The notes beneath the pieces were generated by a model. It did no database searches, was not told where the DNA came from, and was given only the letters and a program-made list of their open reading frames with translations. A DNA stretch of 62,473 nucleotides, filler included, from Deltaproteobacteria bacterium (GTDB lineage Bacteria; JAUYMQ01): NCBI GenBank assembly GCA_030698575.1. It is 11 parts of 11 records of this genome, joined end to end, with 100 filler letters (N's around TTAATTAATTAA, not from the genome) between each part and the next. Parts side by side here need not be neighbours in the genome. Positions count along the whole stretch, not along the records: positions 15,931 to 28,578 come from JAUYMQ010000219.1; positions 28,679 to 34,119 come from JAUYMQ010000423.1; 9 more parts are not named here. The stretch is one strand, 5' to 3'. Each line of letters opens with the position of its first letter. The stretch's first letter is position 1. The position numbers and the translations under genes were made by a program. This document shows positions 21,162 through 31,506 of this stretch, one piece after another.

Positions 21162-21458
21162 CCGACTCCTCCCATTTTCCGCGGGGCCGGGGCCGCCGCC
21201 TCGAGGCCGGCCTGCACCGCTCTCAATCCTAGCTCATCGGCTGGGGAAAGACGTAACTTGACCCCCATTTCCACGGCCCGTTTCAACCCCCTTCCGTGGG
21301 TCAGCCGGGGCCAGCGGGGGGGGCCGCAACCTGCCGGGCCCCCAAAAAAAGGCAGGAACCTCCGAAGAAGTTCCTGCCCTCCCCTGTGAAACAGCCTGCA
21401 TTCGCAGGTCATGGTGTACGTGGCCCACCGAGGTGGAAAGTGTCAGTTTATTTTCACC

Positions 21459-22061
21459 TCAGGGGTGTCCGCCGATGTAGAGATCCAGCTCGGGGAGCCG
21501 CACCTCAGGCCCGTAGACCCGCTCCAGAACTTCCTTGTCGTGCCAGTTCACCTCGGTCTCGACGGGGACGGGGTTACGAAGGAAGAACCGCTGCCCGTCG
21601 ATGTAGACAACCCGCTCGGTCCCCGTATGATCGCTCGGGGAGTGACCGGTCGCCTCTTCGACGTAGCCGAGGTTCGGGACGTAGGCCCAGCGCTCCGAGC
21701 TGTTCTTGAAGCCCCGATGCTGTCGGGCGCTCGTGTCGCGCTGCGCTGCGCGGTTCACCTTGCCACTCTGGAGGTGGCCCGGAATAACGATGGGATCGAG
21801 GTCGGCCGGCATCATCCCCTGGATGGGAACGCGCCGGGCAAGCTCGGTCTCCGACATCGTCGTGGCGGAACTGCGGTAATCCGCCGGGACCTTGTCGATC
21901 TCGTCGGTAAATCCGACATTGCCCTGCCCGTCGATCCATCGGTAGATGGTCGCCGTTGCGGGGGGCGCGCACAGTGCCAGGATCGCAAGACTGAAGAGCG
22001 CTTCGCCAAATATGCGAAGCGCACTCGCCCGCGCGGTGCTGCCGCTTGCGAGGTTGGCCAT
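21459..22061 (-). CDS. DUF4124 domain protein
   Basis: AAGGAGG RBS, signal peptide, IYRWIDGQGNVGFTD..KVPADYR. Confidence 0.75.
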   Translation of the reverse strand: MANLASGSTARASALRIFGEALFSLAILALCAPPATATIYRWIDGQGNVGFTDEIDKVPADYRSSATTMSETELARRVPIQGMMPADLDPIVIPGHLQSGKVNRAAQRDTSARQHRGFKNSSERWAYVPNLGYVEEATGHSPSDHTGTERVVYIDGQRFFLRNPVPVETEVNWHDKEVLERVYGPEVRLPELDLYIGGHP

Positions 22062-22196
22062 GGGGGAATCCTCCTTTTCCGGCCAGTCGGCGGGAGCCGG
22101 GATGCTGCCAGGGTATGGGTTTTTCACCTCACCTTTTAAGTGGCAGGCAATCCGGTCCGGTGGCAGCGGGAGGCGGGAAAAAGAGGAGAATCAGGT

Positions 22197-23543
22197 TCAG
22201 AAACGCTTGTCGAGCGCTTCGAAGATGGCCCGGCGTACAGAATCGTAATCCGGCGGGAGGACGATGGGCAGATTCGCGTGCGCGGGCGTTACACCGTCGA
22301 GCTGCCCCTCGTGGTACTGGATCTTGAATTCGGGGAACTTCAGGCCGTTGGCCGTCGAGATGAGCACGACCTTCTGGTAATTCTTGATCACGCCCTGATC
22401 GATGAGCTTGATGAGCCCGGCGAGCGCGACGCCGGTGTGCGGACAGGTGAACATCCCCGCGCGATCGGCCCGGGCGGAGGCGTTCGCAAGCTCGTCCTCG
22501 GTCGCCTCCTCGACAACCCCGTCGAACTCCTTCAGGACCTTCACGGCCTTCTCGAAACTGACCGGATTCCCGATCTGGATGGCGCTGGCGAGGGTCTTCT
22601 CCGCCTGGATCGGCTCTAAATCCTTGAAGCCCTTCTTGAAGCTCCGGTAGAGGGGATTGGCGGCATGCGCCTGGGCGACGGCTATCCGCGGAAGCTTCGA
22701 CACGAGGCCGAGGTCACGCATCATGAGGAACCCCTTCCCCAGCGCGCTCACGTTCCCGAGGTTTCCTCCCGGAATCACCACCCAGTCGGGCACGACCCAG
22801 TCGAACTGCTGCGCCACCTCGATGCTGACGGTCTTCTGCCCTTCCACACGAAGGGAGTTCATCGAGTTGGCCAGGTAGAGATCGTTCTCGGTGCAGACCT
22901 TCTGGACAATCTCCATGCAGCCGTCGAAGTCGGTCTCGAGCGCGAGCACGAGGGCGCCGTTGGCCAGCGGCTGGACGAGCTGGGCGTTCGACACCTTCCC
23001 CTTCGGGAGGAAGACGATGGACTGAATGCCGGCCGATGCGCAGTAGGCGGCCAGGGCCGCCGAAGTATCCCCCGTGGAAGCGCATGCGACAGCGGGAATT
23101 TTCTTGCCCTGGGCGATCATCTGCTTCACGGCCGAGACCAGCACGGTCATTCCCAGATCCTTGAAGGACCCGGTGTGGCTGTTGCCGCAATGCTTGACCC
23201 AGAAGTCCTCGAGACCCAGCTCTCGCCCGAATCGTTCGGCCCAGAACAGATTCGTATGGCCCTCGAACATGGAGACGATATTCCCGTTATCGATGTTCGG
23301 AAGCACCCATTCCTTCTTCCCCCAGACACCCGATCCGAAGGGCCACTCGGTGCTGTGAGACCGTTCCTCGAAGATCTTCATCCAGGAAGCCGCGCTGCGG
23401 TTGCCAAGTTTCTCGAAGTCATGAACGACCTCGAGGAGCCCGCCACAGCGGCGGCACCGATAGACGATCTCATCGAGCGGATACCGCTCGCCGCAACGCC
23501 TGAAGCACTCGAACCAGGCGTTGTATTCGGTCGGGCTGTCCAT
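22197..23543 (-). CDS. thrC: Threonine synthase
   Basis: [13 protein letters not shown] lysine, [36 protein letters not shown]. Confidence 0.95.
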   Translation of the reverse strand: MDSPTEYNAWFECFRRCGERYPLDEIVYRCRRCGGLLEVVHDFEKLGNRSAASWMKIFEERSHSTEWPFGSGVWGKKEWVLPNIDNGNIVSMFEGHTNLFWAERFGRELGLEDFWVKHCGNSHTGSFKDLGMTVLVSAVKQMIAQGKKIPAVACASTGDTSAALAAYCASAGIQSIVFLPKGKVSNAQLVQPLANGALVLALETDFDGCMEIVQKVCTENDLYLANSMNSLRVEGQKTVSIEVAQQFDWVVPDWVVIPGGNLGNVSALGKGFLMMRDLGLVSKLPRIAVAQAHAANPLYRSFKKGFKDLEPIQAEKTLASAIQIGNPVSFEKAVKVLKEFDGVVEEATEDELANASARADRAGMFTCPHTGVALAGLIKLIDQGVIKNYQKVVLISTANGLKFPEFKIQYHEGQLDGVTPAHANLPIVLPPDYDSVRRAIFEALDKRF

Positions 23544-23666
23544 GGCTCACTCCAAGGCGGGCGGCGCCTGTGACAAGCTCCGCGGAGGTTGCACTCGAGG
23601 TCCCGGTGGCGCGCCGGCCGGGTGGATCAACCCGCCCGCCGGAGGCGAAAATGGCCCCTTCAGGAG

Positions 23667-23696
23667 ATATTAGGGAGTGCGTCCGAGCGCTGTCAA
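23667..23696 (-). promoter_or_regulatory. Putative sigma-70 promoter of thrC
   Basis: TTGACA-N18-TAATAT on the minus strand, about 125 bp upstream of the ATG. Confidence 0.5.
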
Positions 23697-23813
23697 CGGA
23701 CATTCGACTTTGGTTGTCAGCCTGAACCCTTCGTGATATACATTGCCACTCCTGCGGCCCCTCCAGCGCGCCTCCGGGCAGCACCGTGGCAGTGAGATCC
23801 GACTAGCAATATC

Positions 23814-25019
23814 ATGACGCCAATCTTCCCCCTTCGGATACCTCAGTCTATGCGCGCCTTGTTCCTGATCCTGGCCATTGTCGCACTGCTCTCTCTACTG
23901 CCCGCCTGCGGCGAGAAACCTCCCGGGGGCGCCGAGTCGCCCGCCGCGAGCGCCGAATCCCAGAAGAGCCCCGAAGATCAGGCCTTCGAATCCGTCGTGA
24001 ACGGATTCGAGACGGGGAATTTTGCGGGCGCGATCCGGGCAGCGCAGGATTTCTCGGACCGCTATCCCGAGAGCCCCCGCCTTCCGCAGGTGCTCTACCT
24101 TTCCGGACGCGCGTCCATAAGCCGGGGCGAGTTCGAAGCGGGTGAAGCCACGCTTCAGACAATGCTCGACCGGTTTCCGGACAACGAGAACGCGGCCTTC
24201 GCCGGCTTCTACCGCGCGCAGGCGATCTACCTGAAGACGCACGCCCCGGTGAAGGAGTACAAGCTCGAGCGAGAGGCCGCCATGCCGGGTTATGAGCAAG
24301 CCCTCGCGGCCTTCGAGGAAGTGGGGGAAAAGCACAAGGGAGACGCCGAGGTCGCGGCACGTTCCCGGCTCATGGCGGCCCAGATCCTTTACGACATGGG
24401 GCGTCGGGAGGAGTCGCTCAAGGAGTTTCAGGCATACCAGGACGAGCAGCCGGAAGGCGACTACGCTGACCAGGCGCTCTTTCAGATCGGCTGCCTTCTC
24501 ATGGATCTCGAGCGCTACGAGGAGGCGACCAAGATATTCGATCGGCTGACCCGCGAGTATCCCGGGAACCCGAACTCCGGTGCGGCCATCGATCGTATTC
24601 GCGAGATGACCCTCATCGGACGTCCAATGCCGCCCCTCGATAATGCAAACTGGGTCACGAAGGCCAAGAAACAGGACACCAGCGGAAAGGTCGTTCTCAT
24701 CGTCTTTTTCAATACCTGGTGCCCGCACTGCCAGCACGAGGTGCCGCGCCTCGAGAAGGTCTATCGCGACCTGAAAGACCGGGGTCTCGTCGTGCTCGCG
24801 CTCACAAGCCATTCGAAGGAGCAGACCGACGAAACGGTCAGAGGGTTCGCTTCGAAGCACGGCCTCACGTTTCCCATCGGGGTCGAGCCGGGAAAGACGG
24901 CCGACGCCTACGCAGTCGGACGGATACCCGCTGCGGCCATCATCGACCGCGCTGGGGTCGTGCGGTGGCGGAACGCAGGCGATCTGGTAAACGAATCGCT
25001 CGTGGAGAGGTTCCTCTGA
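23814..25019 (+). CDS. Lipoprotein with BamD/YbgF-like TPR repeats fused to a TlpA-like redoxin domain
   Basis: LPAC lipobox-like, TPRs ending YP/FP, FFNTWCPHC, GRIP cis-Pro; alternative start 23850. Confidence 0.82.
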   Translation: MTPIFPLRIPQSMRALFLILAIVALLSLLPACGEKPPGGAESPAASAESQKSPEDQAFESVVNGFETGNFAGAIRAAQDFSDRYPESPRLPQVLYLSGRASISRGEFEAGEATLQTMLDRFPDNENAAFAGFYRAQAIYLKTHAPVKEYKLEREAAMPGYEQALAAFEEVGEKHKGDAEVAARSRLMAAQILYDMGRREESLKEFQAYQDEQPEGDYADQALFQIGCLLMDLERYEEATKIFDRLTREYPGNPNSGAAIDRIREMTLIGRPMPPLDNANWVTKAKKQDTSGKVVLIVFFNTWCPHCQHEVPRLEKVYRDLKDRGLVVLALTSHSKEQTDETVRGFASKHGLTFPIGVEPGKTADAYAVGRIPAAAIIDRAGVVRWRNAGDLVNESLVERFL

Positions 25020-25086
25020 CCTCCGGCCGGATGGGCAATTCGGGCGGCGCATTCCGCTACAGGGGACCCGTGATCACAGGAGAGAG

Positions 25087-25809
25087 ATGATGAGAGCTTG
25101 GGGCGAAGCCCGTCGCGGCCTTCCAGCGCTTCTCCTTGCACTGGCCATCGCGGGGATCGGTATGCCTGGCGCCGCACAGGGCGAGATCTTCAAGTGGATC
25201 GACGACAAGGAGGTGGCTCACTACACCTCCAACCGCGCCAGCATCCCGATCAAGTACCAGGATACCGTCAAGCTCGTGGAAACACGGGCTGACCCCGGCC
25301 TCTACCGGACCCTCGATATTGCGCTGCCGGAAGGCCCCGTCCCCGGCTTCGAGGAAGAGCCCCTGGCGCCCGAAGGCGACGCGCCGCGAAGGACGGGCGG
25401 CACGGACGTGGTCGGCGACATCCTTCAGGGAGAGGCTGCGGGGGCGCCCGCCGCAAGCGCCGCCCGGCAGGCGGCCCCTCGCCCGGCAATCCGGCGCACG
25501 GCACGCCTCGGGTTGCGCGAGTACGTCGGGAAGGGAGAGGCCTGGTGGCAGGCCCAGTTCGCCCAGGCGAACGCGCTCGTGAGCAAGCAGCAGCAAATCG
25601 TTGACGCCCACCGCAACCAGCTCAGGAAGATCATCAAGTCGCACTCGAGCGGCAACGAGGTGCTCCCCCTCGAGGACAACCCGGATTTTCAGAAGCTCTC
25701 CCGGATCCTCCCGCGTGAGGAGAGTCGGCTGAATCAGCACAAGCGCGACCTTCGCAGGCTCGATGCGCGCGCCACGGAGTTGCGCGTCCCGGAATCCTGG
25801 AGAGAATGA
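25087..25809 (+). CDS. DUF4124 domain protein with C-terminal coiled coil
   Basis: Signal peptide, EIFKWIDDKEVAHYTS..IPIKY, GEAWW, VPESWRE. Confidence 0.75.
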   Translation: MMRAWGEARRGLPALLLALAIAGIGMPGAAQGEIFKWIDDKEVAHYTSNRASIPIKYQDTVKLVETRADPGLYRTLDIALPEGPVPGFEEEPLAPEGDAPRRTGGTDVVGDILQGEAAGAPAASAARQAAPRPAIRRTARLGLREYVGKGEAWWQAQFAQANALVSKQQQIVDAHRNQLRKIIKSHSSGNEVLPLEDNPDFQKLSRILPREESRLNQHKRDLRRLDARATELRVPESWRE

Positions 25810-25821
25810 CCCCGCCGGAGG

Positions 25822-25898
25822 GCAGGGCCCCAAGAACATGGGCCCAGAGGATATAGGCCGGAAGAGATGGGCCCGAGGATCTGGGCCCGAGGATCTGG
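25822..25898 (+). repeat. Degenerate ~14-bp tandem repeat (TGGGCCCGAGGATC), about 5 copies
   Basis: Two exact and three degenerate copies directly upstream of ATG 25900. Confidence 0.55.
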
Positions 25899-25899
25899 A

Positions 25900-26187
25900 A
25901 TGGATCGACTCATCGACATCACGGACTACCTGACGGGCAGCCAGCTGGTCGAGGACCTCTCCAATCCCTGGGTCCAGGGAGCAGTGCTCGCGATCATCGT
26001 CATCACGATTCTGAAGCGGTGGCGCGCGCTGTTCACGTTCATTGTCATGACCCTCGTCGTCGTCACCATCGTCCGCGTGGGATTCGGCGGCGGGAGCACC
26101 GGGGTCATCGAGCAGGCCCCCGTTTTCCTCGCGGGGCTCGGGTTGAGCATCCTGGTCGCCGTCTACCTCTTCTACGTGCGCCGCTAG
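25900..26187 (+). CDS. Small membrane protein (3 TM)
   Basis: Three hydrophobic segments, GC3-rich codons. Confidence 0.7.
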   Translation: MDRLIDITDYLTGSQLVEDLSNPWVQGAVLAIIVITILKRWRALFTFIVMTLVVVTIVRVGFGGGSTGVIEQAPVFLAGLGLSILVAVYLFYVRR

Positions 26188-26324
26188 GCGCCGGCGCGTG
26201 ACGTCCCCCTCGATATTGTAGATAGCTGACGACCCCGGGAATCCCGTCTCCGCTGCGCCACCATTCTTTGCCTCGACACTCGCCGCCCCAGACCGCTCGC
26301 GCAGACCACGGGAGGAACTGTTTC

Positions 26325-26753
26325 TTGAACTGGGACAGGTTCAGCGAGGAAGAGAGGGAGATTCTTGAACGGCTCGATCACCACGCCCGGCTGCTGGCTG
26401 GCAGGTTCGGGTTGCCACTCGCCCATCTCACCAGGGAAAGCGGCCGGGTCAAGCGCCGGTACGGCAGCTGTGACGTGAATGGCGTGATCCGGCTCCGGCT
26501 TCATGACCGGCGGAACGGGGCATTCCTGAAGTACTCGTCGCTCATCGCCACCCTCTGTCACGAACTCGCTCACCTGAAGCATCTCAACCACGGAATACGC
26601 TTCCGCGCGCTCTACATGCAGATCCTCGAGTACGCTCGCGCCGCCGGGATCTACCGCCCGCGGGCCGTCATCTCCCCGGGGAAGGACGACCCCGGGAGAG
26701 AGGCCCGGGAAGCGACGCCCGGGGGGAGTCCCCCGGCGGCCGCTCGGCGCTGA
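26325..26753 (+). CDS. Zn-metallopeptidase (WLM/YgjP-like, HExxH)
   Basis: RYGSC, IRLRL, TLCHELAHLKHLNHGIRF; GGAGG RBS then TTG. Confidence 0.78.
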   Translation: MNWDRFSEEEREILERLDHHARLLAGRFGLPLAHLTRESGRVKRRYGSCDVNGVIRLRLHDRRNGAFLKYSSLIATLCHELAHLKHLNHGIRFRALYMQILEYARAAGIYRPRAVISPGKDDPGREAREATPGGSPPAAARR

Positions 26754-26940
26754 ACCCTCCGAGGAGCCAGCCGACGCCACGTTCGCGAGAAATCCAGCCG
26801 CGTTGATCCACCCCCCGCGCCCCGCCTATACTCGCGCTCGGAAAGCCGCCGCCTCTGCCGGGCCGGCGAGTGCGGCGAACCACATCCCTCTGCCGTTCCG
26901 GGCCGGCCCGCCGAGCGGGGAGTCGACGCGCGTGAAGACA

Positions 26941-27870
26941 ATGAAGCTCGCGGTCCTCGCCGGAGGTGTGGGGGCGGCCCGTTTTCTGAGGGGACTCTCG
27001 GGCGTGACCGACCCGCAAAGCCTCACCGCCATCGTCAATACTGCGGATGATTTCCTCCATTTCGGCCTCCACATATCGCCCGACATCGACACCGTCTGTT
27101 ACACGCTCGCCGGAATCGTGGACGAGGCAAGAGGCTGGGGCGTGGGTGGAGACGGAACGGCATGCCTCGAGATGCTCAGCCGCCTCGGCGAGGAGACATG
27201 GTTTCAACTGGGCGACCGTGACCTGGCGTTGCATCTGACCCGCACGCGCCGGCTCGGCGAGGGAGCGCCACTCTCGGCGGTCACGGAGGAGATCCGGTCC
27301 GCCCTCGGCGTTCCCGTCGCCATCCTTCCCGTCACGGATGATCCCGTCGCCACCGAAATCGAAACGCCCGAGGGCACCCTTCCCTTCCAGGAATACTTCG
27401 TGCGCCGCGCGTGCCGTGACAAGGTCCTCGGTGTCAGCTTTCGCGGCGCCGAGCAGGCGCGCCCGGCCCCCGGGGTGCGGGAAGCCCTCGCCTCGGCCGC
27501 CGGCATCGTTATCTCCCCTTCGAACCCGGTTGTGAGCATCGCGCCAATCCTGGCGGTACCGGGGCTGCTTGACGCCATCGCCGAGAGCGGGGCGCCCGTC
27601 GTGGCCATCTCGCCCATCATTGGCGGAAGGACCGTGAAGGGGCCGGCGGCGAACATGCTCCGCGATCTCGGACACGAGGCGAGCGCCCTGGGGGTGGCGC
27701 GGCTCTACGAAAAGCTGGCGACCACCTTCGTGCTCGACACGGTCGACGCGCCGCTCGCGCCGGCAATCGAGTCGCTCGGCATGAGGGTCCTCGTGTGCGA
27801 CACGCTCATGGCCGACGCCGAACGGGCAAGGCGCCTGGCCACGGCGGTCGTCGGGCTCATCCGGCCATGA
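26941..27870 (+). CDS. cofD: 2-phospho-L-lactate transferase (F420 biosynthesis)
   Basis: LAGGVGAARFL, HISPDIDT, WFQLGDRDLA, FQEYFV, PSNPVVSI, VKGPA. Confidence 0.95.
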   Translation: MKLAVLAGGVGAARFLRGLSGVTDPQSLTAIVNTADDFLHFGLHISPDIDTVCYTLAGIVDEARGWGVGGDGTACLEMLSRLGEETWFQLGDRDLALHLTRTRRLGEGAPLSAVTEEIRSALGVPVAILPVTDDPVATEIETPEGTLPFQEYFVRRACRDKVLGVSFRGAEQARPAPGVREALASAAGIVISPSNPVVSIAPILAVPGLLDAIAESGAPVVAISPIIGGRTVKGPAANMLRDLGHEASALGVARLYEKLATTFVLDTVDAPLAPAIESLGMRVLVCDTLMADAERARRLATAVVGLIRP

Positions 27871-28529
27871 AGCGCCCGCCCGTGCACGTCCTGATCCCCG
27901 TGAAGACCCCCCAACGCGCCAAGGGGCGCCTGGCCGAGCTACTTTCCCCGGCGGCACGCGGGGAGCTGGCGCGCGCGATGCTCCGCGACGTTCTGCGCGC
28001 GGCGAAGGCGGCCCGCGGCGTCCCGGAAGTGTGGGTGGTGAGTCACGACCGGTCGGTGCTGGCGGAAGCAGCCGGATGGGGAGCCCGATGCCTCGAAGAG
28101 AAGACCGATATGGGCCTCAATCCGGCGCTGCGGTTCGCCACGCGCATGGTCAGGGAAGCGGGAGCGCCCGCCCTGCTCATCCTGCCGTCCGACATCCCGC
28201 TTGTCCGACCCGGGGATATCGAGCGCCTGCTCACCTCCCTCAACCGGCGACCAGCCGATGGCCGGCTGGTTGTCGGAGTTCCCTCCAAGGAGGGAACCGG
28301 GACCAACGCGCTGCTCCGCGTGCCGCCGGACGTCATACCGCCGAGCTTCGGAAAGCAGAGTTTCGAGCGGCACGAGCGCCAGGCCGCCCGCCGCAACACG
28401 CCCTTCCGCAAGCGGCGAATCGCCCGCATCGCCCTCGACGTCGACACGCCTCGGGATCTGCTTTCGCTCCTGTCCCTCGAGCGGAGGGGCCACACGGCCC
28501 GCGTTCTCGGCCAGCTGGGGCTTATCTAG
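27867..28529 (+). CDS. cofC: 2-phospho-L-lactate/PEP guanylyltransferase (F420 biosynthesis)
   Basis: IPVK...AKGRL, GLNPAL, PSDIP, GTNAL, SFERH, LDVDTPRDL; ATGA overlap with cofD. Confidence 0.93.
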   Translation: MKRPPVHVLIPVKTPQRAKGRLAELLSPAARGELARAMLRDVLRAAKAARGVPEVWVVSHDRSVLAEAAGWGARCLEEKTDMGLNPALRFATRMVREAGAPALLILPSDIPLVRPGDIERLLTSLNRRPADGRLVVGVPSKEGTGTNALLRVPPDVIPPSFGKQSFERHERQAARRNTPFRKRRIARIALDVDTPRDLLSLLSLERRGHTARVLGQLGLI

Positions 28530-28530
28530 C

Positions 28531-28578
28531 ATGAAAGAACTGCGTGTCTTCGCCGTGACCGGCGTCCCCCCCATCCTG
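28531..28578 (+). CDS. cofE: Probable F420-0:gamma-glutamyl ligase N-terminus (truncated)
   Basis: MKELRVFAVTGVPPIL, 1 bp after cofC, resembles the CofE start; only 16 codons visible. Confidence 0.55.
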
Positions 28579-28678
28579 NNNNNNNNNNNNNNNNNNNNNN
28601 NNNNNNNNNNNNNNNNNNNNNNTTAATTAATTAANNNNNNNNNNNNNNNNNNNNNNNNNNNNNNNNNNNNNNNNNNNN

Positions 28679-30904
28679 TACTGGCTCTGGTTCTCTTGCA
28701 ATATCTTTTTCGGCTGGAGTCACAACTTCCTTCGGCTCTCGTGCTTTGAGGGCCGCCAGCGCTGCAGCCACGTTGGCAAACCGTTGCTCCGGTTCCGGAT
28801 GTGTCGCCTTGTCGAGGAAATCCGCCAGGATTGGGTACTGCGAGCGGTCCACTCCATCCCAGTTCAGCCCTCGCTCCTTGGCTTGCGCACCGCCGTACCA
28901 GAAGGGCTCTTTCTCGAAAATGACATGGAAGAAACTGGCAGCCAAAGCGTAGATGTCGTCCATAGGAGAAGCGGGTCGCTGTTTTTGAAATGAGGGAGAG
29001 CAATACAGAATGGTGCCGGGAGCCAAAATCGGAACGTGGATCTTGCTGACGAAATCGTAGTCAGTCAGCACCAGATCGCCTCCCGAAGCGATCATATTGC
29101 GCGGGCTCACGTCGCCGTGGACAAGGCCATTGCGATGAAGCACGTCAAGCGCTTCGCTGATGACGCGCAGCCAGCGCAAGCCCAACGCTTCGCTAGATCT
29201 CTCCTGCTGCTCGTCCGCCAGAAGAGGAAACACGCCGGCAAACTCGCCAAGCGGCGCTCCTTCGATCCATGTCATCAGCGCGATGAAGTCGTTCTCTTGC
29301 CATTCCCTGGCCACTTCGAAGATCGTGGACAGCGCCGCGTGGCGACCGAGATGAGATCGCGCGAGGCTATAGGCTTTCAAAACACGCTGCCCAGTTTCGC
29401 CCTCACGGGCGACTTTAGCGACGTAAGTCCCGAGATCCTCTCCTGTAGACCGGTCGATCTCCACCACCTTGAAAGCCGTCCCAACGCCGCCCGAACCGAG
29501 ACGTGCAACGATCCGATAGTCGCGATCGTGAAAGCGAACGACTTGATCCTCGGTCCAGAATCTTGCAGGCGGCGCAGCCGGCAGCGGCACTGATTCGCCA
29601 AGTAATTCGGAGATCGCTTCCTCTAGGTCCTTCAGCGTGCCACGTTGCTCCGGCTCATTAGTTAGGCCTTGCGCGAACACTGACACCGCCCGCTGGCATA
29701 GATCATCCTCTTTTGTATGAAACAGATGGGTGAGGCATGCGCAGAGCGAATACAGGTCAGAACGATGATCTGCCGCGGCCCGGCCCTGTGCCTGAACTTC
29801 CGGCGCAACCGTGGTCTGGTCCTTCTCCGTCGGCAGGTTGCTGGAAGCCACGCTGACTTCCGAAGGAATTCTGGTGTGCTCAAAACCTGTGAGGATAACT
29901 TTGTCGTCGTGCTTAACAAGAATCGTGCGTAAAGTGAGATTCCGATGAATCATCGGCTCGTCCGGCGTCCCCGCCGCATGTAATTCGCTCAGCGTTCTAA
30001 CGGCGTCTTGCGCAAACGCCAGCCGGTTGCTCGTATTCCACGTCGCGTCCGTAGCTCTATCTTCGATGCAAGGCGCCGCCGGATCAACGACCGTAAAGAA
30101 AAACATTTCCCCTGCGTATCCGGGCGTCTCTTGATAGGAATCTAGAATCCTTGGCGCCCAAGGGTGGAGTTGCAAACGGTGAAGCGCTTCGAATCCCCGT
30201 CTAGCCTTGGCTTCGGCGTTCTTGTCGTCACTCGCCGACAAGTCATAGAGATGCAGGACAATCCGATCCTGCCGTGCAGGGTGGCTGCCCTTGTAAACGC
30301 GATGAAAACTTTCCTCTTTTTGCGACTTCAATTCCAGATTGACGTATCCGGCCAGCCTCCGCATTGAGCCATCGATGGCAACAGAGCTCTGTGGCTCCAA
30401 CTTCCGGCTAAGATCTTTAACCTGCTGAGGCAACAGAACCTCGGGTGAGTTGAAGCCAATCGCACTCTTCCAATCGTTCAGCGTATGAAACCGGACGCCC
30501 CGTACTTCCTTTTGGGCAAGCCGCTTCACTTTCGAGGTTGCCTGCGTAACAAGGAATGCACTATCTACATACGGAAGGTCGCGGACAATCCGTTGGAGGG
30601 TTGTTCCGATCTTGCGAGCCTTGCTGGTCACCCGATCCGCCTCCTTACGGACACGGTCAACGTGCGAGTCCACCCACTGCGCCTCCCAGTGTTTTACCTC
30701 GATGACCCGAACACCCGGGGGGCCGATCGCGACGATATCGATCTCATCCGACTGCAACTGGTGCGTGACGGAAAACAGAAGGTTCGTCAGAAGAACCCAC
30801 TCTCCGTCCCCCGGTTCGGACTGCAGACGGGTCCTTAAATGCTCGAAGGCCATCCGTTCACTCTCATTTGCAACCGGTCCGCAGGGGAAGATGGTCACTT
30901 TCAT
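28679..30904 (-). CDS. NERD nuclease-like domain, pseudokinase and Ser/Thr kinase (PglW-like N-terminus), 3' truncated
   Basis: NESE...DEIDIVAIGPPGVRVIEVKHW (NERD); HRNLT/TGF degenerate kinase; GSGGVG, VAK, HGDVSPRN, TDY second kinase. Confidence 0.88.
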
Positions 30905-31263
30905 ATTGTTAGCTCCGTTGCTTCAATTCCCGTTTGTCGCATGACATCTTTGGCTTCTCCGCAGGTGGTAATGTTCTTGCTCCAGTTGGCGAAAACGAAG
31001 CCGGCCACGCCCTCGACCTGGTCAACCGCTACAAGATATTGCATCCGAACGTCTCTGAATGTGAAACCCCTCCACCCACCTTCTCTCCTCCCACCGAACT
31101 CCAAGCGTTCAGCCCAGGCCACCCCCTCGTCGGTCATTTGCACGGCCGCCCACGCCCCGCTCAGACCCTCTGCGTCCCCTACGAACGCCCCACACTGGTC
31201 CTGCACCTCTAGGTCCTTCCACACGTCTGCCGTGCCGATAGCCAACGCGTCCGACTCAGGCAC
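30901..31263 (-). CDS. Hypothetical protein or remnant, coupled to the NERD kinase
   Basis: ATGA stop/start overlap with the kinase; no recognisable motif. Confidence 0.3.
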   Translation of the reverse strand: MPESDALAIGTADVWKDLEVQDQCGAFVGDAEGLSGAWAAVQMTDEGVAWAERLEFGGRREGGWRGFTFRDVRMQYLVAVDQVEGVAGFVFANWSKNITTCGEAKDVMRQTGIEATELTI

Positions 31264-31506
31264 GGTCTCAGCACCGGATAGCGGCCCGATTGGTCGACCC
31301 GGGCACGCACGGAGGCCTTCTCTATCGACACGGCTCCGGCGAAGAACCGGAGATGGGGCGCGGGGTTGCCGGCCGACTTGGGAGACGTGAGATGGGTGCC
31401 AGGGCTTCGTGTCATGGGGGGTCCCGCACTCCCCTGCGCGGGCCCGCGGGGGTACGTCGACGTTGGAAAAATGCCTTTCCTGTGTACGCCTTTTGGGCGC
31501 TGGAGG

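Noticed and set aside
23544..23660. Riboswitch or attenuator upstream of thrC
   Set aside because: No SAM-I or T-box motifs and no Thr-rich leader peptide seen.
28679..30904. Complete BREX type 2 (Pgl) system
   Set aside because: No pglX, pglY or pglZ visible, and the gene is truncated.
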